Shown: one piece after another, positions 8,900 to 18,363 of the stretch
Layout: the number at the start of each line of letters is the position of its first letter
How positions within the stretch are numbered: the stretch's first letter is position 1
Source of the DNA: Paramicrosporidium saccamoebae KSL3
Lineage: Eukaryota > Fungi > Cryptomycota
Assembly: GCA_002794465.1 (NCBI GenBank)
Contig: MTSL01000041.1
Location: forward strand, 107,113-139,112
DNA: 32,000 nucleotides
Direction of reading: 5' to 3'
Notes under the pieces: model-generated
Database searches by the model: none
What the model was told of the DNA's origin: nothing
The model's input: only the letters and a program-made list of their open reading frames with translations
Program-made: the position numbers and the translations under genes

Positions 8900-9520
8900 A
8901 TGAAACCGGACGCTTACAAAAAAGAACGCTCGAGGCAGTATTTAGCAAAGCAACGAGCCAAGCATGGTTCTCGGGCCACTGGCGAGAATAAAGTAGAATC
9001 GGCAGAGATGAAAAGGTTACGAAAACTTTCCTCAAATTCCGACCGATATGACACAGAGGGAGAGGAGGAGGGGACCGTGTCATCAGATGATGAATTTGAT
9101 ATTTCATCGACACAACAATTAGAATTGCTACTCGCAAGTGTAAAGTTGGAAACGATTCAAGACGACTTGGAGCAAACTCGTTCAGAAGCATCATGTCCAA
9201 CTTATGAAAAATGGAGTAGCTTTAGTGTGGAAAAGCTTGCCATGATTGTGGAGAGGGAACGGGTTACAAATGAAGAAACGAGGCATCTTCCCAAAAGGTT
9301 CACAGATTACTGGAGAAGCCTTCCGACAAGCGGGACAGAATGTCGACCGAAAAGCGACACTGCACCACCCCGAAGCTCGGCGGGCAGTCGATTTGTAAAG
9401 CCTAAGGGGGAGCGACAAGGAAAAAATTTGCCCAAAGATGCCACTCCTGCTGTCAAGACTGAGAGTCGAGAACGAGGAGAATTAGAAAATTGGTTAGACA
9501 ATGTTCTAGACGAGATGTAA
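8900..9520 (+). CDS. AVEN-like protein (putative), 206 aa
   Basis: RKLSSNSDRYD resembles AVEN RRKIVSNWDRYQ, and C-terminal GELENWLDNVL resembles AVEN EELEDWLDSMI. The middle is low-complexity. Confidence 0.5.
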   Translation: MKPDAYKKERSRQYLAKQRAKHGSRATGENKVESAEMKRLRKLSSNSDRYDTEGEEEGTVSSDDEFDISSTQQLELLLASVKLETIQDDLEQTRSEASCPTYEKWSSFSVEKLAMIVERERVTNEETRHLPKRFTDYWRSLPTSGTECRPKSDTAPPRSSAGSRFVKPKGERQGKNLPKDATPAVKTESRERGELENWLDNVLDEM

Positions 9521-9776
9521 ATAGATATAAAACGCATGTTTATAATGCAAGTGTCGCGTGGTGGAATGATCACCAAGAACTTTTTCAGGCGGCAAGGAAA
9601 CTCCTTTGTTGGTGTTTTATTAGTATTTTGTGAGCCTTTTCATAGTTCCCACAATATAATGGCAATAGGTCGAATAGGTTGGATGAGAGTGGCATTCTTT
9701 CCATTGCGCCCCTCTATTTTCCCTTTTCGGCGATTGGCCTATTTCGAACAAAGAACCCACCATTCCAGTTTTCACA

Positions 9777-12700
9777 TCACAACGATGCCATGTTTTTGCA
9801 TAAAATGTCAATGATGAGTCGTGAGAGTTGTCTCGATTGGGAATGTGCACGGTTGTCAAGAGAAATGCATAGACTGCTGTCAAATTGTTCAGCAATCGTT
9901 TCGGCTTCATCGATTACAGAGGACGGAAGGCCTGCCATGGCAGCCACATTCATTCCGTAACTCTTTGGCGATATTCCTGGTGTTAATTTATATAAAAAGG
10001 TCACTCTTCGGCAATCTGGATCTAGCGCACAAGACATGTACTGGCAGGATACGGTCGCCTCTTGTAAAAAGTCAACAGCAAGAGGCCTGTAATGCGTTGC
10101 AAAGAGGCCAATGCACATGGTGACACGGGCGAGCGTAAGAAGAACGGCATGCGCAATAGCCATTCCATCAAACGTACTTGTTCCACGACCAAGCTCGTCC
10201 AAGATTACCAAGGATTTTGACGTGCCCTCTCGGAGCACCTTGGCCGCATCAAGTAATTCGACCATAAAAGTCGACTGGCCAGCGATAATATTGTCGTTTG
10301 CCCCGAGACGTGTAAAAATACGATCGACAGGAGAGATTTGGCATTCTCGGGCCGTCACATAGCATCCAAGCTGCGCCAAGACAACCGCCAAGCATGTCTG
10401 CCTCAAGAGAGTTGACTTTCCTCCCATATTAGGACCGGTTAACACAATAATTCGCTTTCCATCCTCGTCGCTGCCCAAAGAAATATCATTTGGGATGAAT
10501 GAAGATTGTCGATCTTCAGAGATGCAAGGATGGCGCAATTCCTTGATGACACATTTTGCAGACGAATCCTCCACAATCAATGGCCGACATTTCGGCTCAT
10601 TCATCGCCGCCGATGCCTTTGACAGACTCAATAAGCAATCCAATTTTGCAATAGACGAAACAATTGGACGCCAAATGTCACTGTTACTGTCGAATTTGTT
10701 TAAAATCTTGCCGTATACATTTCTTAGGACAGCTACCCAATAAGTAAAACTTGCTTCACTATAATACCTGATCGTCTCTCTTCCCACTCCTGATACGACT
10801 TGACCAATTCCTTGATGGTTGGTGTCCAGTATCGCTTAACACTTTTGGTCTTGGACATTAAAATATATTCTTTGGGGACGTCAGTCTCGGCGGGAATCTC
10901 CAACTGAAACAATTCCTTTCCGACATCGCGATACTTTGCTCCGCGAATACTAAAGATTAGAAATCAAATGTAAAAAACCGAAGAAGCTTTTCTTGGCCTT
11001 GCAAATACGCTTCCAACTTGGTCTTGACAGCAGCAAACTGGGCTTGGGCTTCGTCGTAGTCCTGCTCAATTCCAGGATATGGAATGACTTGGCCTACACA
11101 TAATTAGGACATTTCAGTAGAAAGTACCCTCTTTCAAAGCAAGTTGGCGATCAAAGGCCGATAGATAATAATCGATGACAGCAGAGTACTCTGGGACTTC
11201 AGCAAGCACAGATTTCAGCAAACAGGGCGTCTCTTGTGATTCTACAAGCTGTGCTATGCGAGTGATTGCCTTAAACGCATCTATTGTAGCAATAAAGTCC
11301 TTCAATCGAATGCTTCCGGTATGAACCCTGCTCAATGTACGTTCCAAGTCCGGAAGGGTCTTTAACATGTCAGTAAAGCTATCCGCAAGTCCTGGCTCAT
11401 TTAAAAAGTACTCGACAACATCCAACCGTGCATTAATCTCATTGGCACGGCAAAGCGGATGGCAGAGCCAATTGTTAAGAAGACGCTTCCCAAACGGTGT
11501 ACTGCAATAATCAATCATTCCCAAAAGAGTGCCCTTCCTTTGATCGGCCGCAGATATGGAGGAGCGTAGCGGACTGGGAAGGATATCAAGATTTAGCAGA
11601 GTCTGACCATCCAAAACCATTGAAGAGCTGTCGGGTTTCAAAATGGTAAAGTTTTGATACGACAATAATCCACGATCCAGCTTTAGCTCGCGGAGGTACC
11701 AGAGCAAAGCCCCAAACGCCAGGAACGACAGTTGGTTGGCATCATGAATATGCTTGAGAGTATCAGGCCAGCACGAGAAATATTGCCCCATGTCCAATTC
11801 ATTGGCAATTTTAGATTTTCCCCAAAACTCCTTATCCGAAACAGCTTCCGTAATGAGTGCCGCTGGCAATAACGTCTTGATGGTTCGTGTCGTCTCGGAA
11901 CTTGTCGAGCCCTTTTCCAAGATAACCTCTTTGGGCTGTAACTGCATTAGGATCGTTTCCAAGATGGCACGCATCCCATCATCTTGGAAGTCGCACAATT
12001 TAAAGCTACCGCCGGCGGCATCTACAATAGCCAACCCAATCTCTACTTTACTGCCGCTGCAAACCTTTTCTTTGATGGCAACACAGTAAGAGGCAGAATC
12101 TGAGGCGATCATGGAGGGCTCGGTTATTGTCCCGGCGGTCAGAATGCAAGTGAGCTCACGTCGGATAATTTTTTCAGCTTTACTGTCAGACTCTTTCTCC
12201 CTAATCGACTTTCCGATTGCAGTCTCCACCTGGTCGACTCTTGCAATTTTATATCCTGCGGCAACAAATCTTGCTGCCCACATCTCAAAAGTTGCTTCGG
12301 GGACCCCTACCATGCGCATGTTCACACGATCAGTCATTTTCAAATCAAATTCTCTAGATCCAATGTCGGCATCATTCTCATATAGCTCATAAAACTTTCC
12401 CTTTTTAAAAAAGACCACAGTGTCGAATAGACGGCTTTTGATCTCCCAAAATTGCTTCTCGAATGGTGTAAACTTTAACCATTGTGATTTAGGAATATGT
12501 AGAGTGCGAGGATTATAGCCTTCGTCATTAGGACTCTTACCATCGGCGTCCTTAATCATTGCCAGCCAAGGATATCGATCCCCCGATGTATCTCGGTTGT
12601 CAGTTCCCTTGTCATCCTCATCTAGAGAGACGCCATTCTTGCGAAACTTTCTCAAGGGTGCGTTGAGACTTGTTGGTTCCATATCCATTGATTCGTCGAG

Positions 12701-13027
12701 GATGAAATCCTGCAAATCTACCTTCCCTGTAAGGGTACCTGGCGTGTCATCTTCCGAAACCATTTCGTAGAATGAACTCGAGGGAATCAGAGGAACAGTT
12801 TCCGTAGTTCCCAGAGTTTTCGTAGCTTCCTTCCTCTTCAAAGGGGAGGTTTGAACTTTGGCCTTATCAAAGTCAGATAATTGGCGCTTTGGGGACGGCG
12901 ATGGGAAGAATGAAAGCAGGCTGGTCTGTCGTTTGCTCCCAGCGGGACTGCTAGTTGGAATATCCCCGCCCATAAAGCTTGTGACAGTCTTTTCCTTCAA
13001 AGTCTTGTTGAATTCTTCGACAGTCAT
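9777..13027 (-). CDS. MSH6: DNA mismatch repair protein Msh6 (MutS-alpha); introns at 11094-11127 (34 nt), 10950-10978 (29 nt) and 10733-10767 (35 nt)
   Basis: PIP box KRQTSLLSFF; YNPRTLHIP; FFKKGKFYELYE (Phe-X-Glu mismatch-binding motif); Walker A GPNMGGKST; DELGRGTSTFDG; FLYKL and SYGMNVA. The three GT-AG introns restore one reading frame. Confidence 0.95.
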
Positions 13028-13086
13028 GAAGCGGCAGGATATGCTGTTCGCGCCAACTTTAATCTTTATTACACAATTTGGACCAT

Positions 13087-14131
13087 TTATGGAGATTTGG
13101 CAGCAGTTGGGACCGCTTCTAACGGCCAATTATACATTAATAATCCAGACATGACTAGGATAAAGCCTGCGAGGAATTGCCACGAAAACTACAAGTGATG
13201 AGTGAGGCACGCTTTGCGACCTACCGATTCATGAAACAGGAAATAACCCACAAGTAGGGAGAAAAAGTTGACCGTCAACAAGGACAGATTAAAAAGAGTG
13301 GCAGATGCACGAAGCATAACGATCGGAAGGATGGAATGGAATATGATCATGCTCAAACAATACACGACAAAATGCACCCCAACCCAAGAAAACGCATGCT
13401 CGGTAAATTGAGTCACCTCATATCGACGCCAAATGGTCCTAAAATTAGGGGAAAAATTGAAAATACAGATATAAAATACTCCAAACTGATGCAAAACTTG
13501 AATTCATCGCCAAATATTCGATTAGAGAGGCGCCCTCCTTTGTTACATATTCGGTAAGAACATTTGACATGCCATACAGTACTGCGGACGCAACACACAT
13601 GGCATGACCCGCAAATGCTGGACCAGAAGCTTCCCCCACCTGGCCGCTATCCTCAAAATACAGCTGAACAATGCTGGTAAACGCCACACCGGAAATGGCA
13701 ATCAATGTGCCACATATGTTGGTCCAGCTATATTTGGTGCCGAGGAACACTTGTGATAAGAACATTGCTGTTGGAGTGGAGAGGGTGGAAATGAGCGCAA
13801 TAGTCGGCATACCAAGATGGTTGTATGCATGGAGTGCTAAAACACTAGCTGTTGAATCAAGGACTGAGATTAACATAGTTGTGGGGATCTTCCTGCGCAT
13901 ATTCCTTGTCCAAAAGTACTCCACAGTGAAATGAATCAATGCGAGCCAAAATAAGAAGGCAACCAACATGTACACTGTCGTAGTTTGAAGGGCAGCAAAG
14001 TCCACATGATATTTCCTATTCAGTATTTGGCTGATAGTGCTAGAAATTGTCATACATACACTCAAAACCTGGCCAAGGACCAGGTTTCCATGTCGAGACG
14101 CACTACCGGGCATTCTTGGCGAGCCAATCAT
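13087..14131 (-). CDS. SLC35F1/F2-like drug/metabolite-transporter-superfamily protein; introns at 13439-13466 (28 nt) and 13189-13224 (36 nt)
   Basis: About 10 hydrophobic segments. LGQVLS, YGMSNVLTEY and SATLFNLSLLTVNFFSLLVGYFLF match the SLC35F pattern. The last exon FSWQFLAGFILVMSGLLMYN...KSP* ends at 13087. Confidence 0.8.
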
Positions 14132-14367
14132 GTGGGATCACTTATGTAATTGCGATAAACAAGGATCCCACCAATGTAATAATAATCCATCAAATGCAAA
14201 AATCCCTTTGTAATGAGTCGTGGACCCTAAAAAAAAGAACCCTACTTTTATCCCTTCTTTGGGAATGCAGGAAAGCATTAAATGCTAAGAGGGAGGTTTT
14301 TAGTATCGGTCACTGAAAGTACATACATGTGGGCGCCAGTTTTCGTCAGAGTCTTTATTACCATTAT

Positions 14368-14834
14368 AGGTGGCATAACTACGGACCAGAGATCATAATG
14401 TCGCGTAGTGGGGATAATACCACGGCCCAGTTTAGGTGAGAAGAGAATTTATTCAGTCAATCCAACGACCCATTTATAGTCTCACAAATAACATAATCAT
14501 AAAGCGGTAAAGACCTCATTATCCTTCATCGATTGTTCTAATTATCCCTTCTCCAAACTAGGAAACCATCCTCAAATACCCAACTAATCAGTCTTCTACG
14601 TCACAATAATAAAGAGTCTGTTGCACAGTATTCGCGTGTCATTGGCAAGTTCGGCCCAGATAGCGATCCCATAATCCAGCGTGTTAAGAGTAGCTGCTTA
14701 TAAAGGAGTCACATGCTTTAACAAAACCAATTTTCACTCCCCACGCAGGGTCTTTACTTGAACCTCACAATAATTAAAGTATCGTGGGGTTAAAGACCCT
14801 TTATTGGTATCCCTGGCCCGTAGTTATGCTATCT
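14368..14834. mobile_element. Non-coding segment of about 467 bp bounded by 26-bp imperfect inverted repeats (MITE-like relic; no target-site duplication found)
   Basis: Left 14368-14393 AGGTGGCATAACTACGGACCAGAGAT vs reverse complement of 14809-14834 AGATAGCATAACTACGGGCCAGGGAT: 22/26 identical, all four differences G/A. The inner 21-bp core is 19/21 identical. Confidence 0.45.
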
Positions 14835-14920
14835 CACAAGTATTATGAATTTAGGCTACCACCCTTACCTTTATTTCCGCTCTCACTCTCACCTTTGCTT
14901 CACCCTCATACCCATTAAAT

Positions 14921-16013
14921 TTATTGAAAATATATACGAGCGAGATTGCGCCCAATGTTGGGTTGATTTTCCTCAGTATCGGCAACAGCGTCAAATATCC
15001 TAAATGAAGATTCGTCCACGTCCAGGCTTTCGTCAATCTTCAAGACTGCGGCAACATTACCGCATCGATAGCAATAATTTGGAGCGGACCAGATGGTGAC
15101 TAGGTCTCTTTCGGGAAACATAAACTTGTATCCCTCTTGTACAAGCTGATGCGCTCGACAAATGAGTGTCAGATCATTGATACGGTTGAATTCTGCAGCA
15201 ATCTTACTTCCAAATAAATACCCAGCGCCTCGGGGGCTCACTGCCCAAGCACCAGAATCTAAATCTTCGGGATCGGACCAGACCATATCTATGAAACGTT
15301 AATCAACGAGACATTATTGCACCACATAACGATCCTTGATGAGGTATCTCTTGCGCTCTCCTAATCGTCCGCACTTGATCGAGAGTAGATATTTCGGGGG
15401 ATAGACCACCGTGAACACAAAATATTCGTCCGTCAATTAACTACAGATCAGGTCATTCTGTCAACCTACCGCAGAAACATTAAAATAATCAAAAACTTGA
15501 CAACAATACTTCCAAACATTTGCATTGCCATACTTTTGTTGGCATTCGTCTACAAACATCAGACTTGGATTGGAAATGGACCGTAGAATCCGTAGACTTG
15601 TGTGATCTGACGACACTCGTGGTTTCCACGGAGAAGGGTAATCTTGGCTGGATATTTGGCCTTTAAAAGGAGGAGATAGGTCAGAGTCTCCAGACTATGA
15701 TGGCCTCTGTCAACGTAGTCACCCTAATGTTACAGCTTTCTGGAGCATGTACGAGAAAGACGTAGCTTGTGGAGGGAATTTCGCCCGCAACCTCAAATAG
15801 CTTCAAAAGGTCGTAGAACTGTCCATGAATATCTCCACAGATAGTCACAGGCGAGCTCACCGTCTGGACATTTGATTCCTCTATCAGGCATGAAATGACC
15901 TAAACCATGATGCACGATTACGAATCACTGACAAGGTCGCAGAGCTGCTTCATTTCCTCCTCCTCCAAAACGACACATTTCCGGGACTTTTCCAGACAAC
16001 TGTCCAGGTTCAT
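14921..16013 (-). CDS. SIT4: Ser/Thr protein phosphatase PP6/Sit4 catalytic subunit; five introns (33, 29, 32, 29, 34 nt)
   Basis: Spliced translation has GDIHGQ, GDYVDRG and [44 protein letters not shown] and KIDESL are closest to Sit4 ([38 protein letters not shown]). ATG at 16013. Confidence 0.88.
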
Positions 16014-16103
16014 GGCCGACCGTACCCTCGGTGGAAAAGCAGTTTGAGAAATATTAAAAGACACATTTATAAACAGACAAGCCAGACCAGGTGAAATCAT
16101 CAT

Positions 16104-16503
16104 TCATACACTACTACTAGATATAAATGCTGCTGCGGGTGGATTTCGTGCTAACGGTATATATTCCTTGTCGTAGTCTAGATCATAGAGCCCCTCAAAT
16201 TTGTCGCAGAGTCCCTACAAGGAATAACAAACCAATTATCTCAAATACTAGATATACAGCGCCTTCCTCTCTTAATTTGTAAAATATCCAGAAGAAGCAA
16301 ACTGCACCGATGAGCTTGGACGCAATAACCTCCTTGCGCGGAGGCGAGTGAAAGTCGGCGGGCGGAGAGGGCGGCTGGACAAGATACCATAATTGTCCAA
16401 ACACCGATTGACCAGTGGCCTTATCAAGTGTGCTGCTGAGTGACCTCGAAATTTTTAATGGTGCAAGACTCCGCAACAAGACGGAAATCCGACTGCTCAA
16501 CAT
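16104..16503 (-). CDS. NDUFB2: NADH:ubiquinone oxidoreductase accessory subunit NDUFB2-like (putative), with a 34-nt intron near 16222-16255; ends uncertain
   Basis: Ser/Arg/Leu-rich presequence-like N-terminus (MLSSRISVLLRSLAPLKISRSLSS). Single TM segment SKLIGAVCFFWIFYKLREEGAVYL|G resembles the fungal motif LGAxMWFWIFYRxKxDGxVLLG. Confidence 0.6.
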
Positions 16504-16526
16504 CACGAGATTTGGCCAGGGTGTAA

Positions 16527-17275
16527 ATGTCCTCCACTCCCCCTTTGGTCTATTCTCGGGAAGAATTTCTTGTACATCCCGCCACTATCTATCTGTGGCC
16601 ATCAGGCTCATCTGGGGTCCCCTTTTTCGTATCGCTTGGCCAATGGACTGCGCTGGTTGCAAAGTATTAGTCCGCAAATAGCCATTCATGTTTGTCATAG
16701 TGAGAATCGGATACGGCCCAAAGCTGTGCAAATAACCGTTCTGTCGCTTCCAGAAAATGTCAACTGTATTGAAGTGACTTTAAATAATGGCCATCGTTTG
16801 GCCCTGACAAGATCTCCCAAAGATGTTTCTGAATTCTGCATTCCTGGAGGAAATGAGCTCTTGGTTCATAATGGATTGTCTGTTATGCTCACTGTTGTTC
16901 TTCAAATAGAGCTCAAGCTTGGAATGGATATTCAGACGCTTGTGCGGAAAATCCCTAGGGATATGGACTCGGCCCTAGATTTTTCAATCTTGTCAATCTC
17001 AAGGGATCCAGATGTGGAAACTCTAGAAGTGAAATCTTGCAACACTTGTCCAATCACCTTGAAAGAAATTCAAGTTGCTGTCAAAGGAAGGCAATGCAAG
17101 CACCTGCAGCCATTTGATGCCAGCTCATTCCTTCTCTTCTGCTCCCAGATTGATTCCTGGAAATGCCCCATATGCGGGTAAGCTGTCTAATGTCCATTCT
17201 CTTTATTTTTATAGAGAGCCAACTTTTCCAGAGGATTTAGTCAAGATTGACAGACGAGTCAAGTCAGCGTTTTAA
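16527..17275 (+). CDS. Small SP-RING (zf-MIZ) protein, Siz/PIAS-type SUMO E3 ligase-like; introns at 16572-16605 and 17178-17214
   Basis: TCPITLKEIQVAVKGRQCKHLQPFDASSFL...WKCPICG matches the SP-RING pattern. ATG 16527 joins the main ORF through a GTACAT...CATCAG intron. The last exon is EPTFPEDLVKIDRRVKSAF*. Confidence 0.8.
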
Positions 17276-18296
17276 TAAGGAGGCACACATTTGTACAAAG
17301 TATCTGGGGATCCGGAAGGGGAAGCATAAACAATTGTGGAATGCTGTCCAAAGTGCTCCTACCACACCAAATACCCAGTTTTGTGGAGCTCGCTCAGTTT
17401 TGAACTCGGCCAGCTGGTCATAGAGAAAAACAATTTGGCTTTCCAGTTCTTCAACTCGCTTCAGCAAAGCCGCCAGCTGCTTCCGTTGCCCAGAGCCCAC
17501 ATCGACTACTCCACCCCTTTGCTCTGGTTGTACATCAAGCTGGTCTACACGATCTAAGAGGATTCCCACCTGACGCCTAACACGTCGCATCTCAATATCG
17601 CTACTTGAGGCGCGTCCACCTTCTCTTAAAAAGTAAATAACTGGCCGCAGCAATGCAGCACCAAGAAATAGGGGGATGCTAAAGTGCTTCAAGATTATAT
17701 TTCCTTCCCCAAAGTACAACTTGGATACCTGGATGAAGTAGGCTCCCATTACGGGACTCGTAAATATCAAAAGAATGAAAAACTTTTCAGAGGTTGTGTA
17801 ATTGAGACGTCGACTTTGAAAGAACAAATTCCAAGGAGCTATGACAGTTGAGTGACAGCCTATGATACATACTTTGTAGAATATAATAGACCCACGTCAT
17901 AATAACGAGGATAATGCAAATCTCAACCCATTGATTTGTGCCATGGAAGAAGAAATTTGCAACAATTGGCAAAGCCCCCAGAATGATGGGAGTGAATGGG
18001 TGCGGTTCCTGACGGGGCTCTTGTGAGGACCCTGACTGGGACTTTTCTATTCTAGTGTGTCCAAAGTAGCCTTTACCCAGTCGCAAGCAGTCTGAATCTT
18101 CGCTGTCAAGATTACTCATCTGTTTCAGCCTTAGCTCCCCGTTGTCGACTTTAAAATGCCGCCTTTTCGATAAATCAGAGCAAAGTTTACTCTCGCCTCT
18201 TTCAGTCGCACTGACCATCCAATCAGATTTGGAAATTTTGTTATAAATATATTGCAGTCCATTGGCCCGGTGATTATCCTGGTGACTACACTCCAT
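17264..18296 (-). CDS. Uncharacterised multi-pass membrane protein with C-terminal coiled coil (fungal-type); one 34-nt intron at 17839-17872 joins the two track ORFs
   Basis: GTATGT...TCATAG fuses WVYYILQ to TPWNLFFQSRR in frame. Several hydrophobic helices, then a heptad region (QLAALLKRVEELESQIVFLYDQL). Confidence 0.7.
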
Positions 18297-18304
18297 TGTC
18301 TTGG

Positions 18305-18342
18305 TGATTACAGCCTATTGTTCTGTTGATTACAATCTATTG
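18305..18342. promoter_or_regulatory. Direct 16-bp repeat pair inside a 67-bp divergent promoter
   Basis: TGATTACAGCCTATTG (18305-18320) and TGATTACAATCTATTG (18327-18342) lie between ATGs at 18296 (-) and 18364 (+). Confidence 0.35.
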
Positions 18343-18363
18343 CACTGTCCGCTTTGTAAAGAC

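Noticed and set aside
9634-9642. U5 snRNA loop I-like GCCTTTT in the AVEN/MSH6 spacer
   Set aside because: It reads GCCTTTTCA rather than GCCTTTTAC, with no flanking stem or Sm site evident.
13028-13129. 34-aa N-terminal extension of MSH6 in the ORF track
   Set aside because: It starts at a non-ATG codon and overlaps the last SLC35F exon. The first ATG (13027) precedes the PIP box.
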